Both the position numbers and the translations under genes were made by a program. A model generated the notes under the pieces. The model was not told the DNA's origin. It worked only from the letters and a program-made list of their open reading frames with translations, and made no database searches. Below are positions 1-15,400 of a DNA stretch of 64,000 nucleotides, piece after piece; the stretch's first letter is position 1; each line of letters opens with the position of its first letter. This DNA comes from Girardia tigrina (taxonomy: Eukaryota), in assembly GCA_001938485.1 (NCBI GenBank), contig MQRK01223727.1, positions 7,213 through 71,212 of the forward strand, in the 5' to 3' direction.

Positions 1-384
1 TATATATATAAATTAAGCTAATAAAAAGAATGTAAAAATCGTGTTGAAAGGGTTAATTAAGATATTTTTTGTATTTGGTTTTTTTATTCATTAGAGATTT
101 TGTATTCTATTAGGGATTATATCTACTACCCAAATTCATATGTATTTGGGCACGTAAAATATTTTTTTATTAAACATTTTAAATTATAAATATTAAATAC
201 TTATTTATATTATAGATGAACTAATTTGATATTTTACGATAATCTAAAATACAATTCTAAAATAATTTGAAGAAATCAAATAAGAAAGTTAAATTATTCA
301 AAAATTATTCACATTCAAAAATGTGTAGTCTAATTCAAAAGAATTCTGAAATTTGATTTTCAATTCAAAAGAAATCGGACACAT

Positions 385-790
385 TTAAAATCTTGTAACA
401 TCACCCTTTGCTTTTATGAGATCTTCCATTCTATTATTCATTGAATTGTATAAATCCTGACATTTATCAATGGGAAAACTATTCCATATTGAAAAAATTT
501 ATTCTTCAAATCAATTTTATTTTAGGACGTTTTTTTCGTAATTCCTGTTTTCATAATTACACAAACATTCTCTATGTAACTTAAATCTCTGCTTCTTGAA
601 GACCATTTCCAGAAGAAAATATTATTTTTGTAAACTTAGATGTATGACAACAAGATGATCCATCTTTTTGAAAAAGGAAATTTCTATTGTCAAAATGTTA
701 TGTAATAAATTGGATCAGACTTTCCGTTAATATCTCGGTATACATTTTTAGAGTTCATAATTCAAAAACATTTATTATCCAAAGAATGTG
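385..790 (-). mobile_element. Degenerate Tc1-like transposase, C-terminal remnant
   Basis: Minus-strand translation gives QKDGSSCCHTSK (QQDNAxCH-like) and IWNSFPIDKCQDLYNSMNNRMEDLIKAKGDVTRF, a typical Tc1 C-terminus. The frame is disrupted and no TIR pair was found. Confidence 0.6.
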
Positions 791-3431
791 TGATTTCAAA
801 TTAAGAACAATATGAGTGATATGAAGAGATAAAATTGACGTATGGAAATTTATAATATTATAAAAGGGATCATTTTTAATAGATCTTTAATAGGCCTTTA
901 CAGTCTGTCATGGTTAAAATTTAATGTCATTCCCCCCTCGTCACACTTCGCCACAAAATTCTGACCTGCCTCCCCCTCCTACGTGACGTCATTTATGGAC
1001 AGTCTCCAATCGTTAGTTAGAATATGTGTTTGATCAATATGAAAAATTAAAAAGAAATCTCATCCGTTATCAAAATATCAGGAAGGAGGAACACATTCTA
1101 TTGGAGATTTTTTAACACTAAAATATTTGATTGAACATGATATCGTAACGAATCGAGCATATATGGAAATCAGTGAATTACGTTCAGCGCCACGGAATTA
1201 TTACTGCAGAATTTACCTCTCAGTACTGAAAATATTAATGAAGAATTCATTGTAAAATAAATTTATCGGTCTAAAAATTCATTAATCATTTTTTTGCATT
1301 TTTATTTGTTTAAATTACATCTTTTTCGACATGTGTTTACTAAAATATTTTAAATTTGTTTTATTTGCAGTTGAAAAAATAAATATTAAAATGATAATTG
1401 ATTAACCTCATCAGACCTGACTTTATTTTAAATATTTTTCAAAATTTGCAAGAATGGCACATAAAACAAATGTTACTCACTCGATGGGGACACTGGCAAG
1501 AATAAACGAATAAATATTGTGTACACTTTGATGTATAATAGGTTCCCAATAAAAACAAGTTGAAAATGGCTTTGAAAGAAGGATTGAAATTTATGTACAT
1601 TACAATGTGCACTGGGTCTGAGGAGGTTAATTAAATTGAATTTATTAAACTTCATCTGTAAGTATGGCCAATAACAATATTAAGCACAGTAATAGAAATG
1701 CGGTTAACATTGGGCTCCAATACCGAGTAAAAGAATTTGGATAGGATAAATTTTTTGCGAAGGTGGATTACTGCCAGTTGATCATATTAAACACCAGACT
1801 ACAGCTGATTATTTACAGGCATAGAAGCACTCAGTCCTTGCAAAAAACAACAACATGAAGTCATGAATTACCTCACAAGCAACAAAGGATGAAGTGCCAT
1901 TATTGGATGCATTAAACGATCAACTATTTCAACTGCTGCTACAGATATGTTAATAATGGAATTGGTTGAATCAGTTATGGTAGCTAATATACCACTGGAG
2001 AACGTTGACAACATTACATGTGTAGTTTTATATAGCAGAACCCAAAGGATGGTGGTAGTATACCACGAGCAAATACACTTAAAAAACTATATGTCACAAA
2101 AACATTCAAAGAAAGTGGTCGAATGTTGTTGTTATACTGTGAATGTACTGATTCAACCTCTCAATGCTTTAAAACCAGATCTCATTGGAAACATGTTTTA
2201 ATATTTCCTTTTTCATCTTAGACTCTAAATTACATTGTATTTGTTCGAATAAATTTCTGATCCAATTAATTAAAGAGTCTGTCTTATTTTTTGTCAAGTG
2301 CGTTTATTTGCTTTTTTTGCTGATTTTGAGTCTCTTTATTACCCTCTAATTTATCGAACAATTTATTGGAATTAAAGTGTACGCTTTCAAACTACCTCCT
2401 CAAAGATATATTGGAAATCAAATTTATAAAATGAATAATTAAATTTCATATATTATTATAAAATAATATTATTTTGTGAAATTGGCAATTGTACTAGACT
2501 GATGGAACATCGTACCCTTCTATTTGAACTGTTACGAGAAACAAGGTCACTTAATCGTAATTATATGTTATGTCAATTCAAAAATAAGGAATTAATGATT
2601 ATTATTTCCATACGTAAATTATTTATTTGCGTGTGATTAGTTAAAAACAACTAATTTAATTAATGTCTGTTAGAATTTTATATTAGAATGAATTTGTATA
2701 ATTATATATTGTATGTATAGGACAAACTAAAAGTTAACTAATTGATTCGCAATCCTAAATTCTGCTCCAAATAATAACCTATATACCATCAATTGGGGTT
2801 GATGTTAGAGACAATCTGAATCTTTTTAAGTGTACAAAAAATATAGCCCATAAACATTTTTTTAAACTATTATTTAAAAAAGTATTCAATAAACCAATCT
2901 TACCTTTAAACCTTGTCAATTTATTTAAACGAATGGTTCAAAACCAGAGATACTTTAAGTTTTTAAAATGGTGAATTTATAAGTGATGAATTTAAGTGGT
3001 GGAGATTTAAAAAATTAGTCCTGTTATACATAAAGTGCCTTTTATAACAGTGAAAATGCATCTCAACACAAAAAAAATCATAGTAATCCAAGAGATAATC
3101 GTATGAAACATTTGTCATTATGGAATTACTCATTTACCAAAGTTAAATTGAATAAGCAAACTTGAAAAGGTAGTTCTATATACATGTTCTATTTGGACTC
3201 CATTTGAATATAAAGTCATAGTTAATTAACTTCTACAATTGTTTTTTAAATTAAGATTTGCAAACTTTGTATTCATATAAATTGTAAAATTTTTTATGAC
3301 TTGGCTTTAAGTACTGCCGCTTTCAATCTGAATTGTTATTACATTAAGTTAATATTGTTAAATAATTTGAATATGTTTGGTTTTATTGTTTATAATTTCA
3401 TTTCTAATTGAAATTTAATTCTAAATTTTAG

Positions 3432-6400
3432 AAAATTTAGATGTAAAGCCATTTAATGTGATGGAAACTTCATCGTCCAGTGTTCTTGGTGATCCTCCAC
3501 TTATTAAATGGAACATATTACGAAACCAACAAGGTACTGTGTTTGAAGAGATTGATGGAAGTCGCATTGAAAAACAATTGGATCTTGATGGATTTGAAAA
3601 AATATTTAAAGTACCCCCCGTTGAACATGAATATGATGTTCCTCCATTAGATACCATTGATGGAAAAGGTGCTGAGAGACCTGATAGAATTTTAAATAAT
3701 GGTCAAGGAAATCAAGGAAATGACCAGGCTGATAAAATCTCATTACTAGATCAAAATCGTCAAAAGTAGGTCATAAAGTTTATGCGAACTTTATTTTAAA
3801 ATAACTTAACTAGATGTATTAAAATGGTGGTCAATTATTTAATTCAAGAAAAACTTTTGCAAAGTGATGCAATCTCTTTCCGTGAATGGGGAAGGCCCTT
3901 GGCATGCGCTATTACTAACTTTGATATGCCTTCCGAAGCTGCTGATCGATTGTTGTATCAGTTACCAAGCTTCCAGGAAACTGATATGTATCGTGATATT
4001 ACCGGTGAAAGTCTCAATGTTTTGGCTAATGAAGATCGTTTAGTAGCACTTTTATCATGTATCGATCGAGTTGAAATGAAATTAGAAGCCATTTTGTATA
4101 TGGATGCCTTTGATGAAACATATTTTGCTTTACAAGAGGTTTTCATTATATCTTTTTCTTAATTTCTTATCATTAATAATTATGTTTATTAGTAATTATT
4201 AATTATAGTTATTAAAATTTATCATTTTGTATAATTATGTATTGGGTTGTTGCATAAGCTCCCGCCGTTACATGAAACTATTTGTTCTACAAAGACTTTT
4301 TTATGTTTGGCGAAGTGTTATATACCAATAGAAAGCCCGTGCTATGCTCTACAAGATTAAAGTAATCGTTTTTGACTATATTATTTTTTTGCCTTTTTTT
4401 AGAACCGTCAAATGGATTGTCAAGTCGACAAAAAATCGCATTTTCGACACCTGTTTTCGCCTTTAATCGAGATCAAAAAGCGAGTGAAGCTACCAGAGAT
4501 ATTTGTGCCATGTATGGAGAGGACGCTATAGCTGAGAAAACTGCTCGGGATTGGTTTGCCAGGTTCAAACACGATAATTTCGACCTCAACGACACTCCTC
4601 GTTCCGGAAGACCAGTCGAGATGGACGAGGACAAACTCGGGGATCTTTTGATGGAAGATGGCCGAAAAGATGAATTGTGATTTGGCGACAATTTCACGCC
4701 ATCTTCAGTCGATGAATTTCACTCAAAAGCTTGGAGCTTGGGTCCCGCACGAAGTCACCCAAAAACAGAAGGATAAGCGGCTTTCCATTGCTGCTCAAAA
4801 TCTCGCTCGACACCAAGGAACCCATGACCACAGGCAACGTTTCTTATACAGAATCGTCACTGGAGACGAGAAATGGTGTCTCTATGTGAATATGAAACAA
4901 AGGAAAGAGTGGATGAGTCCTGGAGAGAAGCCTAAGCCCAGGATCAGGAAAGACCTGCACCCGATGAGGACAATGATTTGTGTATGTGGGATTGGGAAGG
5001 TGTAATTCACTGGGAAATGCTTGGAAAGAACATGACAGTAGAAAAGAAGTACTCAGTAGAGCTCGGTTGGGAGGTCCTTCAACATCCTCCCTATTTCCCG
5101 CTCTTCCGCTGCCTTTCAAATGAAATGAGGGGTCTTAGCTTCGAAAATCAGGATCATCTTGAGTATTGGCTCAACAACTTCTTCGAGACTCGACCTAAGG
5201 ATTTCTGGCGAAGTGGAATCAACAAACTGGTGGAAAGATGGGAAGAAGTAGTGAACAATGAATGAGAGTACATAATTGATTGAAGTGTTATTATTTTTGC
5301 TGTTAAAATTTTATGATTTCATTAAATATATAATTAACTGAGTCATTATTTTGGTTGTTAAAATTCTTTGATTTCTTTGAAAATAAATGTTTAAAAAACG
5401 GCGGGAACTTATGCAACAACCCAATATACTTAGTTTGGAACGAACGTTTTGTCAGTTATTTATAAAACTGTAAATAATATTTTAAATTTTATTTTATATG
5501 GATATTATATATATATATATATATATATTATGGATCGTTCTTAATTACCGTATTTTTCCGTGTATAAGATCCCCCCTTATTTTTGGATGTGCATTTTTGG
5601 AAAAGAATTCAAAAATGTACATTAATTCATTCCAGAAAATAAATTAAAATCTTTTGTGTTCGATAAATATTTCAAATATTTACTAATTTTTGAAAATTCG
5701 CGCTAAATATTCATTAAATTTTGACAAAAAAGGGGTCTTATACACGGAAAATACGGTAGTTATGTTCTTAAGCATCTACCATATGCTCCAATACCTCACT
5801 TTGCATCCGGGTTACGTTTCATAAAAACAAGACGCAAATTTTTGTCACCAAGCTGATAGTTTTTTTATTTTTATAATTCTACCAGCAGCGCCCTGTCCAC
5901 TCATTTGGCTAAAAAATTACTAATGCATGTAAAAAAATAATATAGCTCTGCCAATAAATAAATTGGAAAAATATTTACCTTTTTTGTAACTAGAAACAAC
6001 CCGTTAAAAATGTATAAAAAATTATTATTCTCTTTTAAAAAAAGCACAATTTACTAAATGAAACGTTACAAAAAGCCCAACACACTACATAATTGAAACT
6101 GAACTCTAAAATTAACAAAACAAAATGAAAAGAAAACTGTATTAAAATTGCGTTATTTTTCAGTTAGAAAAGGAATCCCCGAGTTTTGATGACATTGCGC
6201 AATTAGAAACAAAACTTATGTCATCTTTTAGAAAAAAAAGAAAATGTCAAAAAAATAAAAAAAAATTAAAGACCCAAAAAACGCAACCTCGAAAATCTAA
6301 CGGCGCACAGTGAAAATTAGTACTAATTAAGCAGCAACGCAACTTCGAAAAAATGCAAAACGAAACGACGCAAAGCGAGATAATAGTGTAGTCTTGATAT

Positions 6401-9400
6401 TGCACCATCCGATTATCGTTTGTTTCATTCATTGCAGCATTTTCTTAGTGGAAAAAAAATCCAAAATGAAGAGTGCATCAAAAATGTCTTGACCGAATTT
6501 TTTGAATCTAAATCACAAGAATTTAATAACAGAGGTATTAAGATGTCACCTGAACTTTAGGCATAAGTAGTGGAAAACAACGGCGAATATATTGTTGATT
6601 AAATTCTTTTGTTTGTTTTAATAAATTTGTTTCAAATATTTTTTAAAAATGACATCAATTATTACTTGGCTATACTTTTAGAATTTTTGAATTTAAGTCA
6701 ATTTTCTAATAACATTGCTTTCAAATATTACTTTTTAAATTCAATCGTGGTAAATAATTTTAAAAATAATTTTTAATGTGCAATTTAAATTTTATAGTAG
6801 TAATCATTTTTCAAGTTATTAAAATTCTATCAAGCTAATTCATAATAATCGACCTTATGGGTAGAATAAAACAATACTAGAAATAGCATACAACAAGAAA
6901 CTGAACATTTTGAAGTATCACAATGTTGTCCTATCAATTGCTACTATCAAAAATATATTTCTTTAATTTCAAAATTTGATTAATGTCGTTAACTGCATTC
7001 AGAAAATAAGAACTGTGGCTTTGGCTTGTCGTAGTGTTATGGAAAGTCAAAAACTAAAAAAGATATTGGAAATCGTTCTTGCTTTTGGTAATCGAATGAA
7101 TGATTCTAGGCGTGGGAAAGCAATGGGATTTCGAATTCAAAGTTTAGATATGGTGAGTTAAAAAATATTACAAATCTCAAAATTCATTACACTTTTAATA
7201 ATAACGATAATATTGAGTTATAATTATAGTAAAAAGTTTGTTTTCTATTTATAAATTATATATGATTCCATTAAATTACAGTTGTTTGGTTTGTCGAGAC
7301 ATTGGTTATCATTTAGCGATAACAAAATTAATAGGAATTTATAATCCTAAAAATATACTTTTGATAAACAGAATAACACTGGGTAACAAAAAAATATTTT
7401 TTGTAAATGCTCCAGGGATTTTCAGCTGAATTAGACTAATTTTGATGCTTTGAGTTCGAAAATGACCTTGGTTTTGCTCAATCAAGTCAGGTTTTTTTCT
7501 TACAGAAATTTTTAAAAAATCGATTTTTCTTAAAAAAGACTTTTTACGGATCATCAGCTGAGAAACTCCTGATGATTTTTTCCATTTTCCTCGAGAAATA
7601 AAAGTCCACATATCCAAATTCATTCAGTTTTTATTTAGTCAGCGACTGTCAGTAGTCCGCCATCATGACTACGTCCCACGTCCGCTGGTACATCTCCATT
7701 TGGTGCATGTCCTGATGGAAACTTTCTCCGTACTCGTCGCTCATCGCCCCATGGTTTTCAGAAAAGTTCTCCATTTGTGAGAACAGGAAGTGCATCTTTA
7801 TATTCATCAAACAACCGAGTTTTTGGAAGGCCTCTATCATGCTGCTAATGAGTCTGGCGTGGTTTGCTGACTTCATATTCCCCTGGAAGTTGTTCACCAC
7901 CTGCACAAACGATTTCCACGCGGTGCACTGTAGCGTATTCATGGAGTTTTGGAAGTTTGTGTCCTTGATGAGCTGTCGCATCTGTGGGCCAACGAAAATG
8001 CCGGCCTTCAGCTTCTTAATGGTCAGTTGAGGAAAGGCTCGGCACAGGTAGTGGAAGCACTTTCAATCCTTGTCCAGAGCGCGCTTAAACTGTTTCATTA
8101 ACCCAAGCTTCATATGTAGTGGTGGGATCAATATCTTCTCCCGGTCAACAAGAGGTTCGTTTATTATGTTTCTCGCCTCAGGTACTAACTGCTCTCGCGC
8201 CGGCCACTCTATCTTTACATAGTTCTGGGCTCTGTTTCGCCTGTCACATATACATATAAAGCATGGGTACTTCGTGAACCCGGACTACGACCAAGTAGAA
8301 ACTTCACCATCTTTAAGACGCAGATCATCCATTGGTGCTGCTCGTGTTGGAATTTGTAGAGCAAGTACTTCACTGCTTCATATTTCTCTTTGAGAGTTGA
8401 GGAGCGCACAAGAGGGATTGAGGCAAACTGGTCCAGGTAGGTATATGGCTGTATCTCAAAACGTTTACCTGATAGAGCAATATCAATGTGATATGCGGAC
8501 TCAGAACACCAAAATTAATCTAAATCGGCTGAGAAACCCCTGACGATTTTTCAGTTGTTACCCAGTGTAATATATCAAAATATTTTTTAATAGTACTTTA
8601 ATCTGAAGGATTTATAAAACTTGAAAATGTTATGTTAAGAACAATTATTTTTGGTTTATTTCGACGATTTAATCATCATCTTTAGAACAACTAATTTTAA
8701 ATTCATATCAGGACACTGTTTTTTAAAATTTATTTTAGTAACTAATTTTGGTGAATTTGCCAAATCGTGCTATAATCAAAGTAAATTAACATTAGTTTCA
8801 CTGTTTATATTAATAATAGTTCACATATAATCACTAAAATGATGAGGCCCTATTTAGAAATGTTTAGCAGAGAAGTAGAGTGTGCTACTTGAATATTAAT
8901 TAATCCAAGATTTTTTAATAAGGCCTCACGCGTCACTTTCCTAATATTTTTAAAATAGATTTTACAGCTCATAATCCTTTTTTTTTAATTGTATAATCCG
9001 AATGAGGAATCTTCAAAATTTCCTTTTTTACTACGTCTCCAAAGAAAATATTAACTATTTCTAAACATGTAGGCATAATTAAAGATTCTTCCGTAGTATG
9101 TACCTTACATTGTGCAGCAATTACTTCCGCAAGTTTAATGGACACTATTAAGAACACCAATTTGACTTTTCATATTTTGATTAACATAACAAGGTTGATT
9201 ATCCTCAAGACAATCTTTTTCGAAGCTTTCGCATGATTGTATTCTAACTAATTGATTAATCTTATTTAGCAAATGGTTATATAAATAATTTGTTAAAATA
9301 TTTACTCAAAATTTATTAGATAAAATTTAAATACTTATTAATTATTTAAAAAAATATTACTTCAATTTATTTATTTAAAATTGTAAATGAAATTAATTAA

Positions 9401-12400
9401 CATATTTAAAATTTTACCATTATTTTAAATTAAAAATAAATTTAAGCATTACATATTTTCAGATAGTAAAAATTAAAATATTAATCATCCATCTGGGTAG
9501 GAAAGACACAATTCCAAATCAACATACACATTCAAACACAAAACATCAAACATTCAAAATATTCCTCACAGACACAATTTGAGCTATATCTGAAATTTTC
9601 ACCTTTTTTAAAACATTTTGACTGTTTTTGTTGCATTTCTATTAATCGTTCAAAAGAAGATTTCGTTCTCGAGGCTAGATTTGGATGTTTTGTGTTGAAA
9701 TGGCGTTTTAATTTGGTTGTAGAGATGGGCGTTCATCCTTAAAAATCTCTCAATCCGACCCGAATTTTCATGAGTCAAACCCGAACCCAACCCAACCCGG
9801 ATTTATTATATTGCAATCCGATCCGAATGTATTTTAGAACAATCTGAATTAACCCGAATGCTAATGGATCTTTATTGGACAACACATTATCAGTATGCTG
9901 CAAATGATGGGAGCCCCATTAAAGATAACATAAAAAGCATTTAATCTAGGGCAGTTGGTGAAAAATGAACACGTCTTTTATTTATTATAAAACCAGCTTC
10001 ACTGAAGCCTCTCTCTGATGTTGCAGAAGAAGAAGGTACGCTAAAAATAATTCGAGAGACTAGACAAAAATGTAAAAAAACTCGAATGTAAATAAATGTT
10101 GATTTTGAAACATTGTGCTAAATCGGAAATTTGTCAACCCGAACCCAACCCGATTTTCTAAACTGTAACCGGAACCCGACCCGATACTGAGTCGGGTTCG
10201 GGTCACAATCGTCCATCTCTATTTGGTTGATACCATGGCGCTATTTGCTAGTTTTTAGCCACAAATAACACACTGTGGTATAGTAAAGCCAAAACTTAAG
10301 TAGTCTTTGGAGTAACGTCTCTTATTATTACAGTTATTGATAGTGAAGTTCTGTATTTATTCTGATCTGCATCTACGTCACCAGTATTCGTTTTACATAC
10401 ACTTGCTTCAATTATGTCAGAATCTAGTTTTCTTTTAAGAATATATTTATCTATCTTTTAACACAAGCAGCTAAAATAATCGAGAAATAACCATTAAAAT
10501 CATATTTAAATACAAAAGATCAACACAATAAATTTGATAATTAAATTTTAATTACACGAGTAATATTTGATTGTTTGAATAAAATATAATTTTTCCGAAA
10601 TTTCGCAGAACACCTACTGTAAATTCACGGAACGCTAGTGTTCTGTGGAACAACGGTTAAAAACCAGCGCCCTAACATAGCACTACAACTTCGCGAGCAT
10701 TACCATTTATGTCGACAAATAACAATCATTACAGAAGTCAGAAAGTTCAGTGAATAATAATAAAACTTAGAAAACAATACAAATTAAATTGTAAAAACGA
10801 ATATTTTAACTCCTTTGGTACAAATTGTTTAAGAAACATTCGAAAAAGTTTGTTGAATTGTAAAAACTAGCGACTTGAATGAAGTGAATTACACACTAAT
10901 GTCATTAATCTGCCATATTTATTTCGAATCTTAATCAAGCGTCGGTAAATTTACAAATCTCAAGCTCTAAACATAGAACAGATAACTGAATTTAATATTA
11001 TAATTTAAATTACGTATTTTGGAACATGTATAAAAATGAATGTTGATTTCTATTTTTTATTTTTATTTTTATTTGAGAGAAAAAAACCAACTTTATTATA
11101 TAAGACTACTGAATGGGTGGCTAAACTCCATTGATCTTCTGCCAACTAAGGCACGTCTGTGGTAGATCATTTGGTTGGGTTATCTCGATAAATTCTCGCA
11201 TCTCTCCAGCAGCGACATTGTTTGACTGATACTTGTGTCCGCTGCACGGTCTACTGGCCCTTTGTTGTGGCTGGTCCAGGTGACACAGCTGTGTTTGATG
11301 TTTGATAAGATGCTGTCTTTTGTAGTTGTCAAGTGATGTTTTCGTAGATGTGTGAATATTTTTATAATATAATATTTTATTGAATAATAGTTTCAGCATT
11401 CAAAATCCAGGGTTGCAATATTTAATATCGGAGTAGGACGTATTTCACAGTCTTGTGCTATATGTTTTCGTTCGACATAATTTGATAGTTTCTGCTGAAA
11501 TTAGATTGAAATTAAAATCGGTGCCCTTTGACACTTAGACCAATCAATTTTAGGGGGACTTGGTATTTTAGGCTCTGCATACTTATTTATCGCGTCCAAT
11601 GTCGGTATTGTTTCAGTTTTTGTCATTGAAAATTGACTGCATTGTTTTTTCGGTTCCATTTAAAATTTCGTTCTCAAGCAGTGGTCGTGTTGCTTACTGT
11701 TATTTTTTACTTTTCCTCTCGTTAAGATTTTGGCGAGCTTATTGCGTGTTTCTAGTATAATGTTCATGAGAAATGACTATAAGACATGCATAGTTTCTGT
11801 AATGAAGTTGTATAAGTTCATTTATTTTGGCAATACGGAGAATTTTGTCAATAATTTGCCGTGTTAAGACAAGGGAATTTCCTGAGTTGTCTCTTTCTAC
11901 CACTTTTTCCACTTGTCGGATCATATATAATTTCTCTGATGTTTTGTCGATATCTTCTCCTTTAATGAGTTGCCAAATGTAGCTGACAATCCAATAGCCT
12001 GATTCCGTGAATTAATTTGATGTGATTTTATTCTTTGTTTCGATTGGTCATTCTTTGGTTTCTAATCTAAAAAATGTTTGTAGCGTTCCATTAGCGTTTA
12101 AATTGCATCGCTTTGACATTCAGTTAGTTTTGGATATCTATTGTAGATTTCCAGTTTGTTTTTTTTTCAAATCACAGGCGACCAGAATCCACTGGTAGTT
12201 GTTTATACTTTTTGTACAAAAAGAACCTAGAAAAAAGATAACTTTCCTTTTGACAATCAAATCTTAATGTCATTATACCAAAAGAATTAAATAAGTATAA
12301 TTAAATAAATGTGTTTGTTAAATTCTTTATAATCAAACAATTGTAGAATTAATATCAAAAGAATAACTCAGGTTATAGTTGTAGAAAACTTCAGGAAAAT

Positions 12401-15400
12401 TTAATTCTACACATATCTATTCATAGGTTTATTTCGCATTTATTATGTATAATTAAATCTCTCTAAACTCCATGATCTTTTATTCATTCAGTTTTTGCTA
12501 TTAAAAAATGTAAGGTTTACCCATTAAAATCATATCGAGTAGATTGATAAACTTTTTACATAGATATTTTAGAACCATTAATTTTGACTAAACCAGAACG
12601 ATGATAAATAGAGTGAGTTAAAGAATGTTTCTGAACAGTAATATCCGATGTGTTTTGTTCTATGATATGATATAAATTGGCCATTTCATTATATGTTTGA
12701 ATAATAAACGAATGGTAACATGAATACTCTTCTTGCAGCTCCCTGAATGTCGAAGTCCTGATGATAAATGGTCCTTAATGAATTACATTGCGTTTTGCAT
12801 TGAAGATAAATTTCCTGATTTAAAAAACTTTATGTCCGAATTACAATACGTAGAAGACGCTTCCAGAGGTTTGTTTTGTTACATTTTAAATTGTAAATTG
12901 TCGTTTGATAAATTGTTTAATGAATCATATTTCCGTAAAATATAAAGTTTTGTTTGAACTATCCAATATATTTAAAAAAATTAAAATATAAATCGATAAA
13001 TAGGCGATAGTATTATCGATTAATGTGCTCTTAAATTTATCCTATAAATTAGTAAAAATGATGTTAAATTAATTTAATTGCAATAATTTATAATAAATGA
13101 CAATATTATTAAATTAAAATCATTTGAATATTTCAATCTATATTTTATCACACTTCGTGGAATATTTTCGTTAAATGGTAAGTTGTGCGCTGTATGTAAT
13201 GCTGCTGGATTGTTCCTCAACTCAGATGATTAGTTGATATACTCGAGATCAGACGGTTCTTAATAACATGTAAAATTTTGATGGGATATCTTTAATTTAT
13301 TAAAATATTTTTTCTAAATAAAATTTACATTTTACAATAAGTAATTTACAATTTTTATAAATAGAAAATTAAATTCAGGATTAAATAGAATTTCAAAGAA
13401 AGCATGAATTAAATGTAAAAATAAATAGAAGTTTAGAATTAAGTGTTTAAAATAAAGGATAATCAATTACGCCATTCAAATAATAAATTTTATGGTCGCA
13501 ATATATTTCGGTGAATTTTCCACTATCTTCAGGCTTAATTGACAACAATTTAGCAGTTTTATAGATATCGAATTGATGATTATGTAATAACTAATTAAAT
13601 ATTTTCAAAAAAGTGGAAGAGAGTAGAGAGCGACGCAACGTATCGTACATCGTTACATATGGTCGATGCATGGGAAAACATTAATCGTTAAACGATGCAT
13701 CGAAAGAATAACAGTAAAATATAAAACAGCTAGATTCAAATATAAAATTTTATTTGGTCATTGATATTTGCTATTGTGATACAATAATGGCAATGAAAAT
13801 TTACAGAAATGAAAACAAGAAAATGTCTAGGAAGCGACGATGTATCGTTTAACAATGATTCGATCAATCGTATTCGATGCATGGAACACGGTTAATCGAA
13901 CAAAGATGTACCTCAATGATTTGCCATGTGTTATTTAAATATTATATAAAATGGTATAAAATTATTTACATTACTTGTGTTTTAGATTTCCGATTATGTT
14001 CCTTACTGTAACGTTCAAACCCATACCTTTGTTATCTAACATATAATTGAATCACACCTTTGTTCACATATATTTGTTCACATATCACTCAACGATATAA
14101 ATACTACAAAAATATTATCACATATTCCACAATGAAATTTACTATAAAAAATATTATTACAAATTCGGCGATGAAATTTACTAGAAAAAGATTTAGCAAA
14201 AAACTCAGTCACTACTTATTGGAATCAACTTCTCTTTTGTTTTTTTCGCTTGGAATCTTTCTACATTTGCATTCCTGACATTCTCCTATAACGATTTGCA
14301 CCACTTTCGCTAAATCTGGTAGCATAAAATGATTTTGGATATATTTCTTTGTCTTTTTTATGTCTACATGACATAAATCTCCTGATGAAATCTCTTCTAA
14401 TTTACTTTGGAACCAATGGTAACATACAATTCCCTTCTTGCCTACCCCATAACCCATTCTGATTAACTAATTGGTCCTTTAGTTATAATAACTCCTTTGT
14501 GATTTCGCTCTTTTCACGCGCTTGGTGAATATATTGTTTCGTTAGTTTTTTTTTATTCTGTAACAATATTTTTGATATTTTCAATAATGCGTGTGTGGCT
14601 ATAGATCAATTATTCCTATGGAATGATGTTCTTTGACTCTGAAAAATAATAATTAATAATTTTAAAAAGTACTTAACTGCGTATGTCGAATATGTCTACT
14701 ATACATTATTTATAATTATAGTAATCATCTGTGTGTATTGTTGTGACAATGAAGTTTCTTTAAGGACCGCCTGAAAAGGTGTGTAACTCTAGGTACATAT
14801 AAACACAAATGAGCGTCTATATTTCGATGGAAGTACATCATACATAGCAATACTGGTCGCTCTTGTGACTCAAAGGCCAGACTATAGGCTTGTACATGCC
14901 CACTGACAGGTAAATAAGTGTGGTAAACTGTGTGGTAAACTTTTAACCGTTACTGTTCTACATGAACTTTCACCGACAATACATAAAATAAAATGTTACA
15001 TTCATTTTAACACAAAATTATTTCTTTTCAAAACAAGAGTTAATCAACAAAGCAGTAATTCAATTTGAGACAGTAACATTCAGTGTTGTACTTTGAACAC
15101 ATGGGGTGTTCCTCATAAAAGTTTTTTGATGAGCAAATGCCGAGAGTGATGTTGTATTGTGCGGCAGACACACAACCAGACACGTGTTGTGTGCCAGGCA
15201 GAGGAGGAGGTATTTATTAGGCCCGTTGACATTTGTAATAGATGTGGGCTTTGCTGTTGACTTCTATGGTTTGTTTATCGGTGTTTCGTTTTTTATAAAT
15301 TTGGCAAATATTCTAATTGAAATATATTTAATTTGAAAATGTAACATAAATGCATTTCAAATAAGTGAAAAGAAAATGTATAAATATAATATTTTTATTG

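Larger units (their letters stand above)
8870..10669 (-). mobile_element. hAT Charlie/Buster (ZBED5-like) transposon remnant, interrupted twice
   Basis: After removing the inserts the minus strand reads RRYSKDYLSFGF..PQCVICG*KLANSAMVSTKLKRHFNTKHP (BED finger), then SDIAQIVSIKLAEVIAAQCKVHTTEESLIMPTCLEIV..KIPHSDYTI. A Charlie-like end GGAACAACGGTTAAAAACCAGCG lies at ~10647-10669. The left boundary is approximate. Confidence 0.75.

Noticed and set aside
1020-1260. Candidate upstream formin exon
   Set aside because: The translation shows no FH1/FH3 similarity and splice sites are unconvincing.
1947-2201. 84-aa ORF with ELVESVMVANIPLENVDN
   Set aside because: Only a short resemblance to hAT/CGGBP-like transposase remnants; too little to annotate.
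11075-12200. Minus-strand coding-like block, possibly a LINE 3' end
   Set aside because: All frames are interrupted and I could not identify a diagnostic motif.
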